Assembly (NCBI GenBank): GCA_001695645.1 | Contig: LVZN01000013.1 | Span: 12,336 to 44,335, forward strand | Length of the DNA stretch: 32,000 nt | Reading direction: 5' to 3' | Source of the DNA: Erysipelotrichaceae bacterium MTC7 | Lineage (GTDB): Bacteria; Bacillota_I; Bacilli_A; Erysipelotrichales; Erysipelotrichaceae | Part shown: one piece after another, positions 22,186 through 28,521 of the stretch | Layout: each line of letters starts with the position of its first letter | Position numbering within the stretch: position 1 is the first letter of the stretch | Made by a program: the position numbers and the translations under genes | The notes under the pieces: model-generated | Database searches by the model: none | Told to the model about the DNA's origin: nothing | Seen by the model: the letters and a program-made list of their open reading frames with translations, nothing else

Positions 22186-22920
22186 TTACCGGCTTTGTTT
22201 TTCTTCTTCTATGATTTCCTGTAAGAATTTATGTTCTTCTTCATTCAACTTACGAGTTTCAAGTAAATCTGGTCTTCGCAAATATGTTTTTCGTAACGAT
22301 TCTTTCAAACGCCATTTTCGAATGTTCTCATGGTGTCCGCTCATCAAGACATCAGGAACCATTTTCCCTTCAAATGCAACTGGTCTTGTATATTGTGGGT
22401 ATTCAAGTAACCCATTCTCGAAAGAATCATCTTCGTGAGAGTCACTGCGAATCACACCATCACGTAAGCGAATGATGGCATCACTAACAACCAAAGCTGC
22501 TGGTTCTCCACCGGTTAATACAAAGTCACCAATACTCACTTCTTCATCGACATAATCACGAATTCTTTCATCAAAACCTTCATAATGACCACAAAGCAAA
22601 ATGATATCATCATTTCTTGCTAATTCATGGACAAGTTTTTGATCAAGTTTCTTACCCTGTGGACTTAACATAACAACCTTGCTATCAGGTGTTCGGTTGG
22701 CTTTGATTGCATCAACTATTGGTTGACAGGCAAGCAACATACCTGCGCCTCCCCCACAAATGGTATCATCGACATTGTTGTGTTTATCTAATGTGTAATC
22801 ACGAAAGTTAATTGCTTCAAAATGTACACTACCTTTATCTAAGGCACGTTTGATGATTGAAGTTTCTTTAAACGAATCAAAAAACGTCGGAAAAAGAGTT
22901 AACACTTTGACGTTCATCAT
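22186..22920 (-). CDS. trmD: tRNA (guanine37-N1)-methyltransferase
   Basis: 244 aa. VLTLFPTFF start, CGHYEGFDERI and SIGDFVLTGGE motifs. Confidence 0.96.
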   Translation of the reverse strand: MMNVKVLTLFPTFFDSFKETSIIKRALDKGSVHFEAINFRDYTLDKHNNVDDTICGGGAGMLLACQPIVDAIKANRTPDSKVVMLSPQGKKLDQKLVHELARNDDIILLCGHYEGFDERIRDYVDEEVSIGDFVLTGGEPAALVVSDAIIRLRDGVIRSDSHEDDSFENGLLEYPQYTRPVAFEGKMVPDVLMSGHHENIRKWRLKESLRKTYLRRPDLLETRKLNEEEHKFLQEIIEEEKQSR

Positions 22921-23399
22921 AACATTCCCTCAATCACTTCAATTTCAATGCGTTTTGCATCAAGGTCTACTGACTTTACGAATGCATCAACAAACGGAAT
23001 TAGAATTTTTTGATCGATACGCATAATTGGATTTGCAGCGGTATCAATCATTTCTTCTACTTTTCCAATGAGTTGTCCATCTTGATCAACAACTTCACAT
23101 CCAACAAGGTCAAAGAAAAAATAACCTTGCCCGTCATCTTGGATATCTTCACGATTGACATACACTTTTTCACCTTTGTATTTCTCAACCAAATTAATAT
23201 CCAAAAGATCTTTAAATGCCACAAGTGCCATACCTTTATTCATACGAAAACTATGAACTTGCATTTCTATGTCACCAACAAATACTTTGTTACCAACTTT
23301 AAATCGTTCATTTGCAAAGTCTGTATCAAGTTTGATTTTTAATTCCCCACGTAAGCCGTGAGTATTTACGATTTGTCCTATTTCAATTTTTTCCATCAT
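22917..23399 (-). CDS. rimM: 16S rRNA processing protein RimM
   Basis: Track ORF 22917..23444 trimmed to the ATGATG at 23399/23396 (MMEKIEIGQIVNTHGLRGELKI...), preceded by AAAGGTGA. The exact start (23399 or 23396) is uncertain. Confidence 0.92.
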   Translation of the reverse strand: MMEKIEIGQIVNTHGLRGELKIKLDTDFANERFKVGNKVFVGDIEMQVHSFRMNKGMALVAFKDLLDINLVEKYKGEKVYVNREDIQDDGQGYFFFDLVGCEVVDQDGQLIGKVEEMIDTAANPIMRIDQKILIPFVDAFVKSVDLDAKRIEIEVIEGML

Positions 23400-23409
23400 T
23401 TCACCTTTT

Positions 23410-23432
23410 AAAAAAGGATGCGTATGCATCCT
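23410..23432 (-). terminator. terminator-like hairpin inside the rpsP operon, between khpA and rimM
   Basis: Minus strand: AGGATGC-ATAC-GCATCCT followed by TTTTT, then AAAAGGTGA (rimM SD). The khpA TAG stop is inside the stem. Confidence 0.55.
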
Positions 23433-23676
23433 AGTATGATTCAAATTTAATTGTGATCATTTTGTTCTCTGTACGGGATGCAATAGACATCATCTGACGA
23501 AGACTGCTTGCCATAATTCCACGACGCCCGATAAGACGAGCAACATCTTCAGAACTTGCATAGACATTTAAGAGAACTTCATCATCTTCAAGCGTTGGTA
23601 ATACTTTTACAGAAAGTGCTTCTTTATTATCAACCATTGGAGTGATGAGATCCAACATAATTCTTTCGTAATCCAT
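23431..23676 (-). CDS. khpA: KH-domain RNA-binding protein (YlqC/KhpA, UPF0109)
   Basis: 81 aa. LIGRRGIMASSLRQM carries the KH GxxG loop. Conserved position between rpsP and rimM. Confidence 0.85.
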   Translation of the reverse strand: MDYERIMLDLITPMVDNKEALSVKVLPTLEDDEVLLNVYASSEDVARLIGRRGIMASSLRQMMSIASRTENKMITIKFESY

Positions 23677-23681
23677 GACGA

Positions 23682-23954
23682 CTATTTACTGTTTTTTTCG
23701 TCGTGTAATTTTTTAAGAATTCCTTGTTTAGATAAGATTGTACGTACTGTATCTGATGGTTGAGCTCCATTTTTAATCCAGTTCATTGCTTTTTCTTCAT
23801 CTAATGTAATTTGTGCTGGGTCTAAGTTAGGGTTGTATGTCCCGATTGCTTCGATGATTCTTCCATCACGAGGACTTCTTGAGTCAGCAGCAACAATACG
23901 GTAGTATGCGTAACCTTTTTTACCCATTCTTTTTAATCTTAATTTAACAGCCAT
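23682..23954 (-). CDS. rpsP: 30S ribosomal protein S16
   Basis: Track ORF 23682..24014 (TTG start) trimmed to ATG 23954 ([32 protein letters not shown]...), with GAAGGAGAA SD upstream. Confidence 0.96.
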   Translation of the reverse strand: MAVKLRLKRMGKKGYAYYRIVAADSRSPRDGRIIEAIGTYNPNLDPAQITLDEEKAMNWIKNGAQPSDTVRTILSKQGILKKLHDEKNSK

Positions 23955-23986
23955 TGTGTTTCTCCTTCTAGTTTTTTTACTCACTA

Positions 23987-24015
23987 ATAATACCACAATA
24001 AAAAGAGGTGTCAAG
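23987..24015 (-). promoter_or_regulatory. rpsP operon promoter (TTGACA-16-TGgTATTAT); the -35 is embedded in the 3' arm of the comG terminator
   Basis: Minus strand: CTTGACACCTCTTTTTATTGTGGTATTAT. -10 at 23992..23987. The -35 coordinates are +/-1. Confidence 0.6.
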
Positions 24016-24036
24016 GTTTTTTACTTGACACCTCTA
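24002..24036 (-). terminator. strong rho-independent terminator of the comG operon
   Basis: 12-bp perfect stem AGAGGTGTCAAG / CTTGACACCTCT. The comGG stop sits at the loop edge. TTTTATTG follows. Coordinates are +/-1 because my homopolymer counts here disagree with the track frame by 1 nt. Confidence 0.75.
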
Positions 24037-24446
24037 TCATATTGGTAATTTACAATTCTTTTGCTTTCATAATCGTATGAAAGTGTACTTGATAATTGAT
24101 AGTTTTCACCTTCAATAACAATCTTACATTGCAACTCATCACAGTTGATTTGGACAAGACAGCCCTTATATGTATGATTGCGCTCTGTTTCCTCCTGTTT
24201 CAACATTTGTTTTGCACTTGCAATGGCGTACACTTCCACAAATTCAACTTTACTAACCATTGGACGTTGTGCTTCGAGTTTCAAAGTTAGCATTGTAATA
24301 AAACTTAACGTATAACTCAATAGTAAAAGACCATACAAACTAATAAAGCCGCCTTTAGCAACCGATGATTCTTTCTTTTGGTTTTTGCTTTTTATGTTGG
24401 TAAACAAGATAGATACACTCCTCTCTTTGTTCAAAATACGCATCAT
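24021..24446 (-). CDS. comGG: ComGG-like minor pseudopilin (last gene of comG operon); true start probably internal
   Basis: Track ORF of 141 aa overlapping comGF by 92 nt. Hydrophobic segment KGGFISLYGLLLLSYTLSFITMLTL lacks the Glu5 prepilin signature, as in Bacillus ComGG. A TTG at ~24407 preceded by GAGAGGAG is an alternative start. Assignment is by position and size. Confidence 0.55.
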   Translation of the reverse strand: MMRILNKERSVSILFTNIKSKNQKKESSVAKGGFISLYGLLLLSYTLSFITMLTLKLEAQRPMVSKVEFVEVYAIASAKQMLKQEETERNHTYKGCLVQINCDELQCKIVIEGENYQLSSTLSYDYESKRIVNYQYDRGVK

Positions 24447-24744
24447 CTAAATCTTGTAAAAAAACTTGATAACCTGGTTGCATAACCAAACGATCTTTTT
24501 GTAATTGCAAGTGACTTTCTCGTTCAAAATAAGTCAGCGTAAGTTCACCATTTGCTTGTACATCTTCGCTTAACACATAGATTAAACGCAGTTGAGAAAT
24601 ACTTATATCGTCTTCTCCTTCATAAAGACGTGTATCCATTTTTCGAAAACTCTGAAGATACACCAACACCAAACTAACTAGAATACTTACAATTAATAAA
24701 CTTACGAGTGCTTCCAATAGTGTAAAACCTTGCTTAGCCCTCAT
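24355..24744 (-). CDS. comGF: ComGF-like minor pseudopilin
   Basis: 129 aa. Type IV prepilin leader MRAKQG|FTLLEALVSLLIVSIL. Confidence 0.75.
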   Translation of the reverse strand: MRAKQGFTLLEALVSLLIVSILVSLVLVYLQSFRKMDTRLYEGEDDISISQLRLIYVLSEDVQANGELTLTYFERESHLQLQKDRLVMQPGYQVFLQDLDDAYFEQREECIYLVYQHKKQKPKERIIGC

Positions 24745-24988
24745 GATCTATTATGCTTTCTGCTTCAACTTCTATTTGTTCTGGCAGTTCTTCCTCAACA
24801 ATGATTTCTTCAAAGTGAAATTGTTCATAGATATCGTAAATTTCAATCACTTCATCATAACGATTGATATCTAGGCGTTGATAGCGATATAGACTTTGCG
24901 AACTGATACTTAAAAATAGTACAAGTACAACACAAACCTGTAGAAATACAATACTTTCACTTAAAAGAAAACCCTGTTTACTTCGCAT
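24734..24988 (-). CDS. comGE: ComGE-like minor pseudopilin
   Basis: Track ORF trimmed to MRSKQG|FLLSESIVFLQVCVVLVLFL. Acidic C-terminus. Assigned by operon position. Confidence 0.65.
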   Translation of the reverse strand: MRSKQGFLLSESIVFLQVCVVLVLFLSISSQSLYRYQRLDINRYDEVIEIYDIYEQFHFEEIIVEEELPEQIEVEAESIIDHEG

Positions 24989-25376
24989 ATATATTTCCAC
25001 TCCCTAAATGCACAATGAGTTGTTTCACATCTTGCTTATAACTGCAGGTAATCGTACGTGCTTGATTCACATTTCCGCGTTCATTGAAGAAGATATCATG
25101 ATAGCCACAGTTCACTCCATTTGGTAATTGATATCGTTTGTCTGCAGTAACAATAAAGGTTTCTTCGATTTGTACATGTTGTACCTGTTTACTTAGCAAA
25201 GCTTCTCTTTGTGCTTTCAAAAGCACACTTTTAAGTTTATCGATTTCCATAGGTAGTGATGTCAAAGTTTTTGGACTTTGTGTCAAAATTAGCATACACA
25301 CACTTACCACACAAAGGACCATAAGTAGTTCAACCAATGTAAACCCTTGTTTACTTACTCGCTTGTGCTTCGCCAT
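24978..25376 (-). CDS. comGD: ComGD-like minor pseudopilin
   Basis: Track ORF trimmed to MAKHKRVSKQG|FTLVELLMVLCVVSV, a prepilin leader plus hydrophobic helix. Confidence 0.75.
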   Translation of the reverse strand: MAKHKRVSKQGFTLVELLMVLCVVSVCMLILTQSPKTLTSLPMEIDKLKSVLLKAQREALLSKQVQHVQIEETFIVTADKRYQLPNGVNCGYHDIFFNERGNVNQARTITCSYKQDVKQLIVHLGSGNIYAK

Positions 25377-25653
25377 TAACAATGGTGATTGTCTCTCCAT
25401 CAGGACAACGAGCTTGGCTGGTTTTCAAATATCCTTTACCAATCAGTTGTTGTAAACTGGTTGGCGTCTCTAAAGTCTCAATTTCGTAAAGCAAAATTTG
25501 CGCATTAACCACTTCCACCAAAGCTTCACATCCTTTGTTGTCGATAACTTCTTTCTTTTGTTGAATGTTTGGAATGGTAAGCAAAAATATTAAGGCTATA
25601 ATGGTTAATACAATAATCATTTCCAATATGGTAAATCCTTTTTTTCGATTCAT
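25351..25653 (-). CDS. comGC: ComGC major competence pseudopilin
   Basis: Track ORF trimmed to MNRKKG|FTILEMIIVLTIIALIFLL (G|FTxxE prepilin peptidase site). About 100 aa with two Cys in the globular part. Directly follows comGB. Confidence 0.85.
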   Translation of the reverse strand: MNRKKGFTILEMIIVLTIIALIFLLTIPNIQQKKEVIDNKGCEALVEVVNAQILLYEIETLETPTSLQQLIGKGYLKTSQARCPDGETITIVNGEAQASK

Positions 25654-25655
25654 CG

Positions 25656-26684
25656 TTACATCCTTTCTAATAACTGTAAAGGCAATAACATTACTTGATA
25701 AACACAAATGACCATGACACCAACAAAACTATACGATATGATTTGTAACACCATATTAAATTTCTTAATTTGCATCTCCCACCTTCGTTGTTGTTCATCA
25801 CGATAAGAAATCATCATTTCACGAAACGCACCTGTTGAAGAGCCAATGGTAAAGTGAAGCTTAAATCGTTTCGAAATGCGTGGGTTTTCTTGCAAGACCA
25901 CAAACAAGTCTGCACCTGCATTCAAACCATTGTAAATGGATTGACTCACACTATGAAACAACGGTTGTTTTCGCATATCTTGTAAAAACAAAAAGGCTTG
26001 TCTGGTACTTAGCCCATGTTGATCAAGTTCAATTAGATAATGTGCTAGATAAAACGACATCCATTCTTTCACAAGGGGACTGTGTGTTAGTCCAAAAGCA
26101 CCAACAACACGCATCACTTTGGAACTGATCTGACATAACCCAAACAATAGAAAAAGACATACGATTCCAATAACCATCAAATTGGCCAATTGTTGAATCA
26201 CACCAACCAGTTGAAACATGTAATTTTGTTCGATTTCAAAGTGTTGCACCAACTGTGGAATCACATACCCTGAAAAGATATAAACGGTAAAAAATGAGAC
26301 CAGTAAAATAAAGAAGGGATAGATACTTTTCTTTATCATTTCTTGCTTTAGCTTTTGTTCAAACATGTACATGGAACTTGCACAAGCAATGGCATTTGCA
26401 AGACTTGTCATTTCTAAAAAGAAAGTTACAAACACTTTCATTCGCCCTCTACATGCATCAATGACCAATTGTTCTATGCGTATACCATCATCAAGCATTT
26501 GAAACACTTGAAAACTATCTTTTTCTAACAGTTGCAACGCTTGCTTAAGTGGATATCCTTGTCTTAATAAAGAAGCAAAATACATCCATTCATTTTGCGA
26601 CATTTGCAATACACGAGACTTACGAAATCCAATTTCTTTGTTGAGCCAAGCGAATTTTGTCTTCCATGGTTTGATAGGTTTCAT
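25656..26684 (-). CDS. comGB: ComGB / PilC-GspF-family polytopic platform protein
   Basis: 342 aa from ATG 26684 (the track starts one codon earlier at TTG). GGAAGGAGG SD 8 nt upstream, inside comGA. Duplicated GspF-like architecture with TM segments. Confidence 0.88.
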   Translation of the reverse strand: MKPIKPWKTKFAWLNKEIGFRKSRVLQMSQNEWMYFASLLRQGYPLKQALQLLEKDSFQVFQMLDDGIRIEQLVIDACRGRMKVFVTFFLEMTSLANAIACASSMYMFEQKLKQEMIKKSIYPFFILLVSFFTVYIFSGYVIPQLVQHFEIEQNYMFQLVGVIQQLANLMVIGIVCLFLLFGLCQISSKVMRVVGAFGLTHSPLVKEWMSFYLAHYLIELDQHGLSTRQAFLFLQDMRKQPLFHSVSQSIYNGLNAGADLFVVLQENPRISKRFKLHFTIGSSTGAFREMMISYRDEQQRRWEMQIKKFNMVLQIISYSFVGVMVICVYQVMLLPLQLLERM

Positions 26685-27579
26685 CAAGCAAGCCTCCTTC
26701 CAATAAGATTTGGATGTCTTGTTCTTCCATTAATTCATAAATGCAAATGCGTCGTTCTTCATCTTTTGCTTTGTAAATACGCTGCGAACTTAAGCCAAAC
26801 AACGTTTCTTTTAAATCCAGAACACTTACCCCAAAATCCAACATTCGTTTGATGACATCTTTACAACTTTTTGCATGAATGGTAGATAAAACCAAATGAC
26901 CACTTAATGCTGCAGTGATTAACTGTTTTGCGGTTTTACCATCACGAATTTCACCAATCATAATGACATCAGGATCATGGCGTAAGATTTGTTTAATTCC
27001 TTCTTCATACGTGAAATCAATCTTTTCATTAATCTGCAGCTGTAAATACGTATTGGATTGTATTTCAATAGGATCTTCAAGCGTGATGACATGCTTGTTT
27101 TCTTGTAACGCTAAAGCTTCCAACAACGCATGCAGTGTGGTGGTCTTTCCTGCGCCAGTTGGACCAGATAGTAGTATTAACCCACTGGAGCGTTTTAGCC
27201 AGTCATAAAAAATTGCAACCTGTGCTTCTTCTTTAGTCAAATCCTCAATTGCAAATGCTTGGTGGTTATTCAAAATGCGCAAGACTCCAGTCTGTAGTTG
27301 CATTGTTCGCAAATACGAAAAACGAAACTGTAATTCTTTTTGCTTATAAACATAACTAAAATTTCCACTTTGTGGCAATAAGGAGTTTCCTAAGTCTAAA
27401 TTGGCTGTAAATTTCAAATAATGAAAAAGACTTTCATCAAGAAATTTATGTTCCACTTCCTGAATTCCATAAATACCACGAATTCGAACGTACAAACGTT
27501 TGTTTTGCAGAGTGAAATGGACATCGGTTGCTTGATAAGATTCAATAAGTTCAAGTAATAGTTTTAATTTCTTTTTCAT
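26620..27579 (-). CDS. comGA: ComGA / PilB-GspE-family secretion ATPase
   Basis: Track ORF (GTG start) trimmed to ATG 27579. Walker A GPTGAGKTT. LEDPIE (Asp box). Walker B-like DPDVIMIGEIRD. His box STIHA. Confidence 0.92.
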   Translation of the reverse strand: MKKKLKLLLELIESYQATDVHFTLQNKRLYVRIRGIYGIQEVEHKFLDESLFHYLKFTANLDLGNSLLPQSGNFSYVYKQKELQFRFSYLRTMQLQTGVLRILNNHQAFAIEDLTKEEAQVAIFYDWLKRSSGLILLSGPTGAGKTTTLHALLEALALQENKHVITLEDPIEIQSNTYLQLQINEKIDFTYEEGIKQILRHDPDVIMIGEIRDGKTAKQLITAALSGHLVLSTIHAKSCKDVIKRMLDFGVSVLDLKETLFGLSSQRIYKAKDEERRICIYELMEEQDIQILLEGGLLDETYQTMEDKIRLAQQRNWIS

Positions 27580-27591
27580 GTGCACCTCGTT

Positions 27592-27604
27592 TATATATAG
27601 GTAA
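27592..27604 (-). promoter_or_regulatory. 13-nt box TTACCTATATATA upstream of comGA, identical to the box upstream of dprA
   Basis: Minus strand: ...TTAGAAGCCTGCGT-TTACCTATATATA-AACGAGGTGCAC-ATG(comGA). It lies between the upstream gene's terminator and the comGA SD. Confidence 0.5.
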
Positions 27605-27625
27605 ACGCAGGCTTCTAAAATCCCT

Positions 27626-27653
27626 AAAAAAAACTCACTTCATTGAAGTGAGT
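27626..27653 (-). terminator. rho-independent terminator after the MBL-fold hydrolase gene
   Basis: 9-bp stem ACTCACTTC / GAAGTGAGT with a 3-nt loop, followed on the minus strand by TTTTTTTT. Confidence 0.8.
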
Positions 27654-27658
27654 CACAT

Positions 27659-28264
27659 TTAACGAAAAAATGGATTGTTTTGTTTTTCGAAATCTAAGGT
27701 TGTACTTGGTCCGTGACCTGGATAAACGGTGTAGTTTTTATCTAACATCTTGATGCGATTTAACGTTTGATTCATTTTATTAGATGAACCTGTCGCCAAA
27801 TCCGTTCTTCCAATCGACATTTGAAATAGGACATCGCCACTGATGATGACATCATCAAAAATCAACAAAACGCTTCCTTCTGAATGTCCAGGTGCCTCAA
27901 ACACCTCAAATGTAAATGGCCCAATGTGTTCTTCACTTTGATAATAAGTAGGATCAACATCTAAACTGATATTTTCACCAAACTGATGTGATCCATTCAA
28001 TTGTGGATCTGACAATAGTTTTGCTTCTTCTTTGCTTGCATATACCGGACAGTTGTACATTTTTTGAAAATGCTCAACACCTGCAATATGATCAAAGTGT
28101 CCATGGGTTAATAAAATCGCATCGACAATACCACCATCACTAGCAATACGTTCTGCAATTTTACGACTGGAACCACCAGGGTCCACCATCAAGACATGAT
28201 TATCTTGCCACAACAAATAACAATTTGCTTGAATATTTCCTAAAGGATAAGTTTCTACTTTCAT
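27659..28264 (-). CDS. metallo-beta-lactamase-fold hydrolase (YqgX / glyoxalase II-like)
   Basis: 201 aa. LLTHGHFDHIAG (HxHxDH) and a later GHSEGS / PGHGP His ligand pattern. GGAGGC SD. Confidence 0.85.
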   Translation of the reverse strand: MKVETYPLGNIQANCYLLWQDNHVLMVDPGGSSRKIAERIASDGGIVDAILLTHGHFDHIAGVEHFQKMYNCPVYASKEEAKLLSDPQLNGSHQFGENISLDVDPTYYQSEEHIGPFTFEVFEAPGHSEGSVLLIFDDVIISGDVLFQMSIGRTDLATGSSNKMNQTLNRIKMLDKNYTVYPGHGPSTTLDFEKQNNPFFR

Positions 28265-28284
28265 AATGCCTCCTTGCTTTCCAT

Positions 28285-28307
28285 AAGAAAAAGCCCGAAA
28301 CGGGCTT
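28285..28307 (-). terminator. rho-independent terminator after rpmG
   Basis: Minus strand: AAGCCCG-TTT-CGGGCTT followed by TTTCTT. Begins 5 nt after the double TAATAA stop. Confidence 0.8.
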
Positions 28308-28312
28308 CATTA

Positions 28313-28462
28313 TTATTTCTTTTCTCTGTGTTCAGTTTTAGCGTTACATTTTGGACAGTATTTTTGAGCCACCATACGTTCTGGTTGCGTCTTTTTATTT
28401 CTTGTGTTGATGTAATTTTCCATCCCACATTTTGTACATTTCAAAGTAATACGATCTCTCAT
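28313..28462 (-). CDS. rpmG: 50S ribosomal protein L33 (zinc-ribbon form)
   Basis: Not in the ORF track (49 aa). My translation is MRDRITLKCTKCGMENYINTRNKKTQPERMVAQKYCPKCNAKTEHREKK, with CxxC...CxxC and a TAGGAGGA SD 7 nt upstream. The track ORFs 28274..28486(+) and 28395..28580(-) are shadows of it. Confidence 0.93.
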   Translation of the reverse strand: MRDRITLKCTKCGMENYINTRNKKTQPERMVAQKYCPKCNAKTEHREKK

Positions 28463-28521
28463 CTGAAAATCCTCCTAACTCTTTAGCGTTTCCTATTGTA
28501 TCATATACATTTAGTAAAAGT

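Noticed and set aside
24000-24060. Apparent 1-nt frame inconsistency at the comGG 3' end and rpsP upstream (possible frameshift or pseudogene)
   Set aside because: My hand counts of an A-run near 24000 and a T-run near 24058 each differ by one from what the track translations require, and the two differences cancel. This is most likely my miscounting of homopolymers, not biology. I kept the track coordinates and flagged nearby motif coordinates as +/-1.
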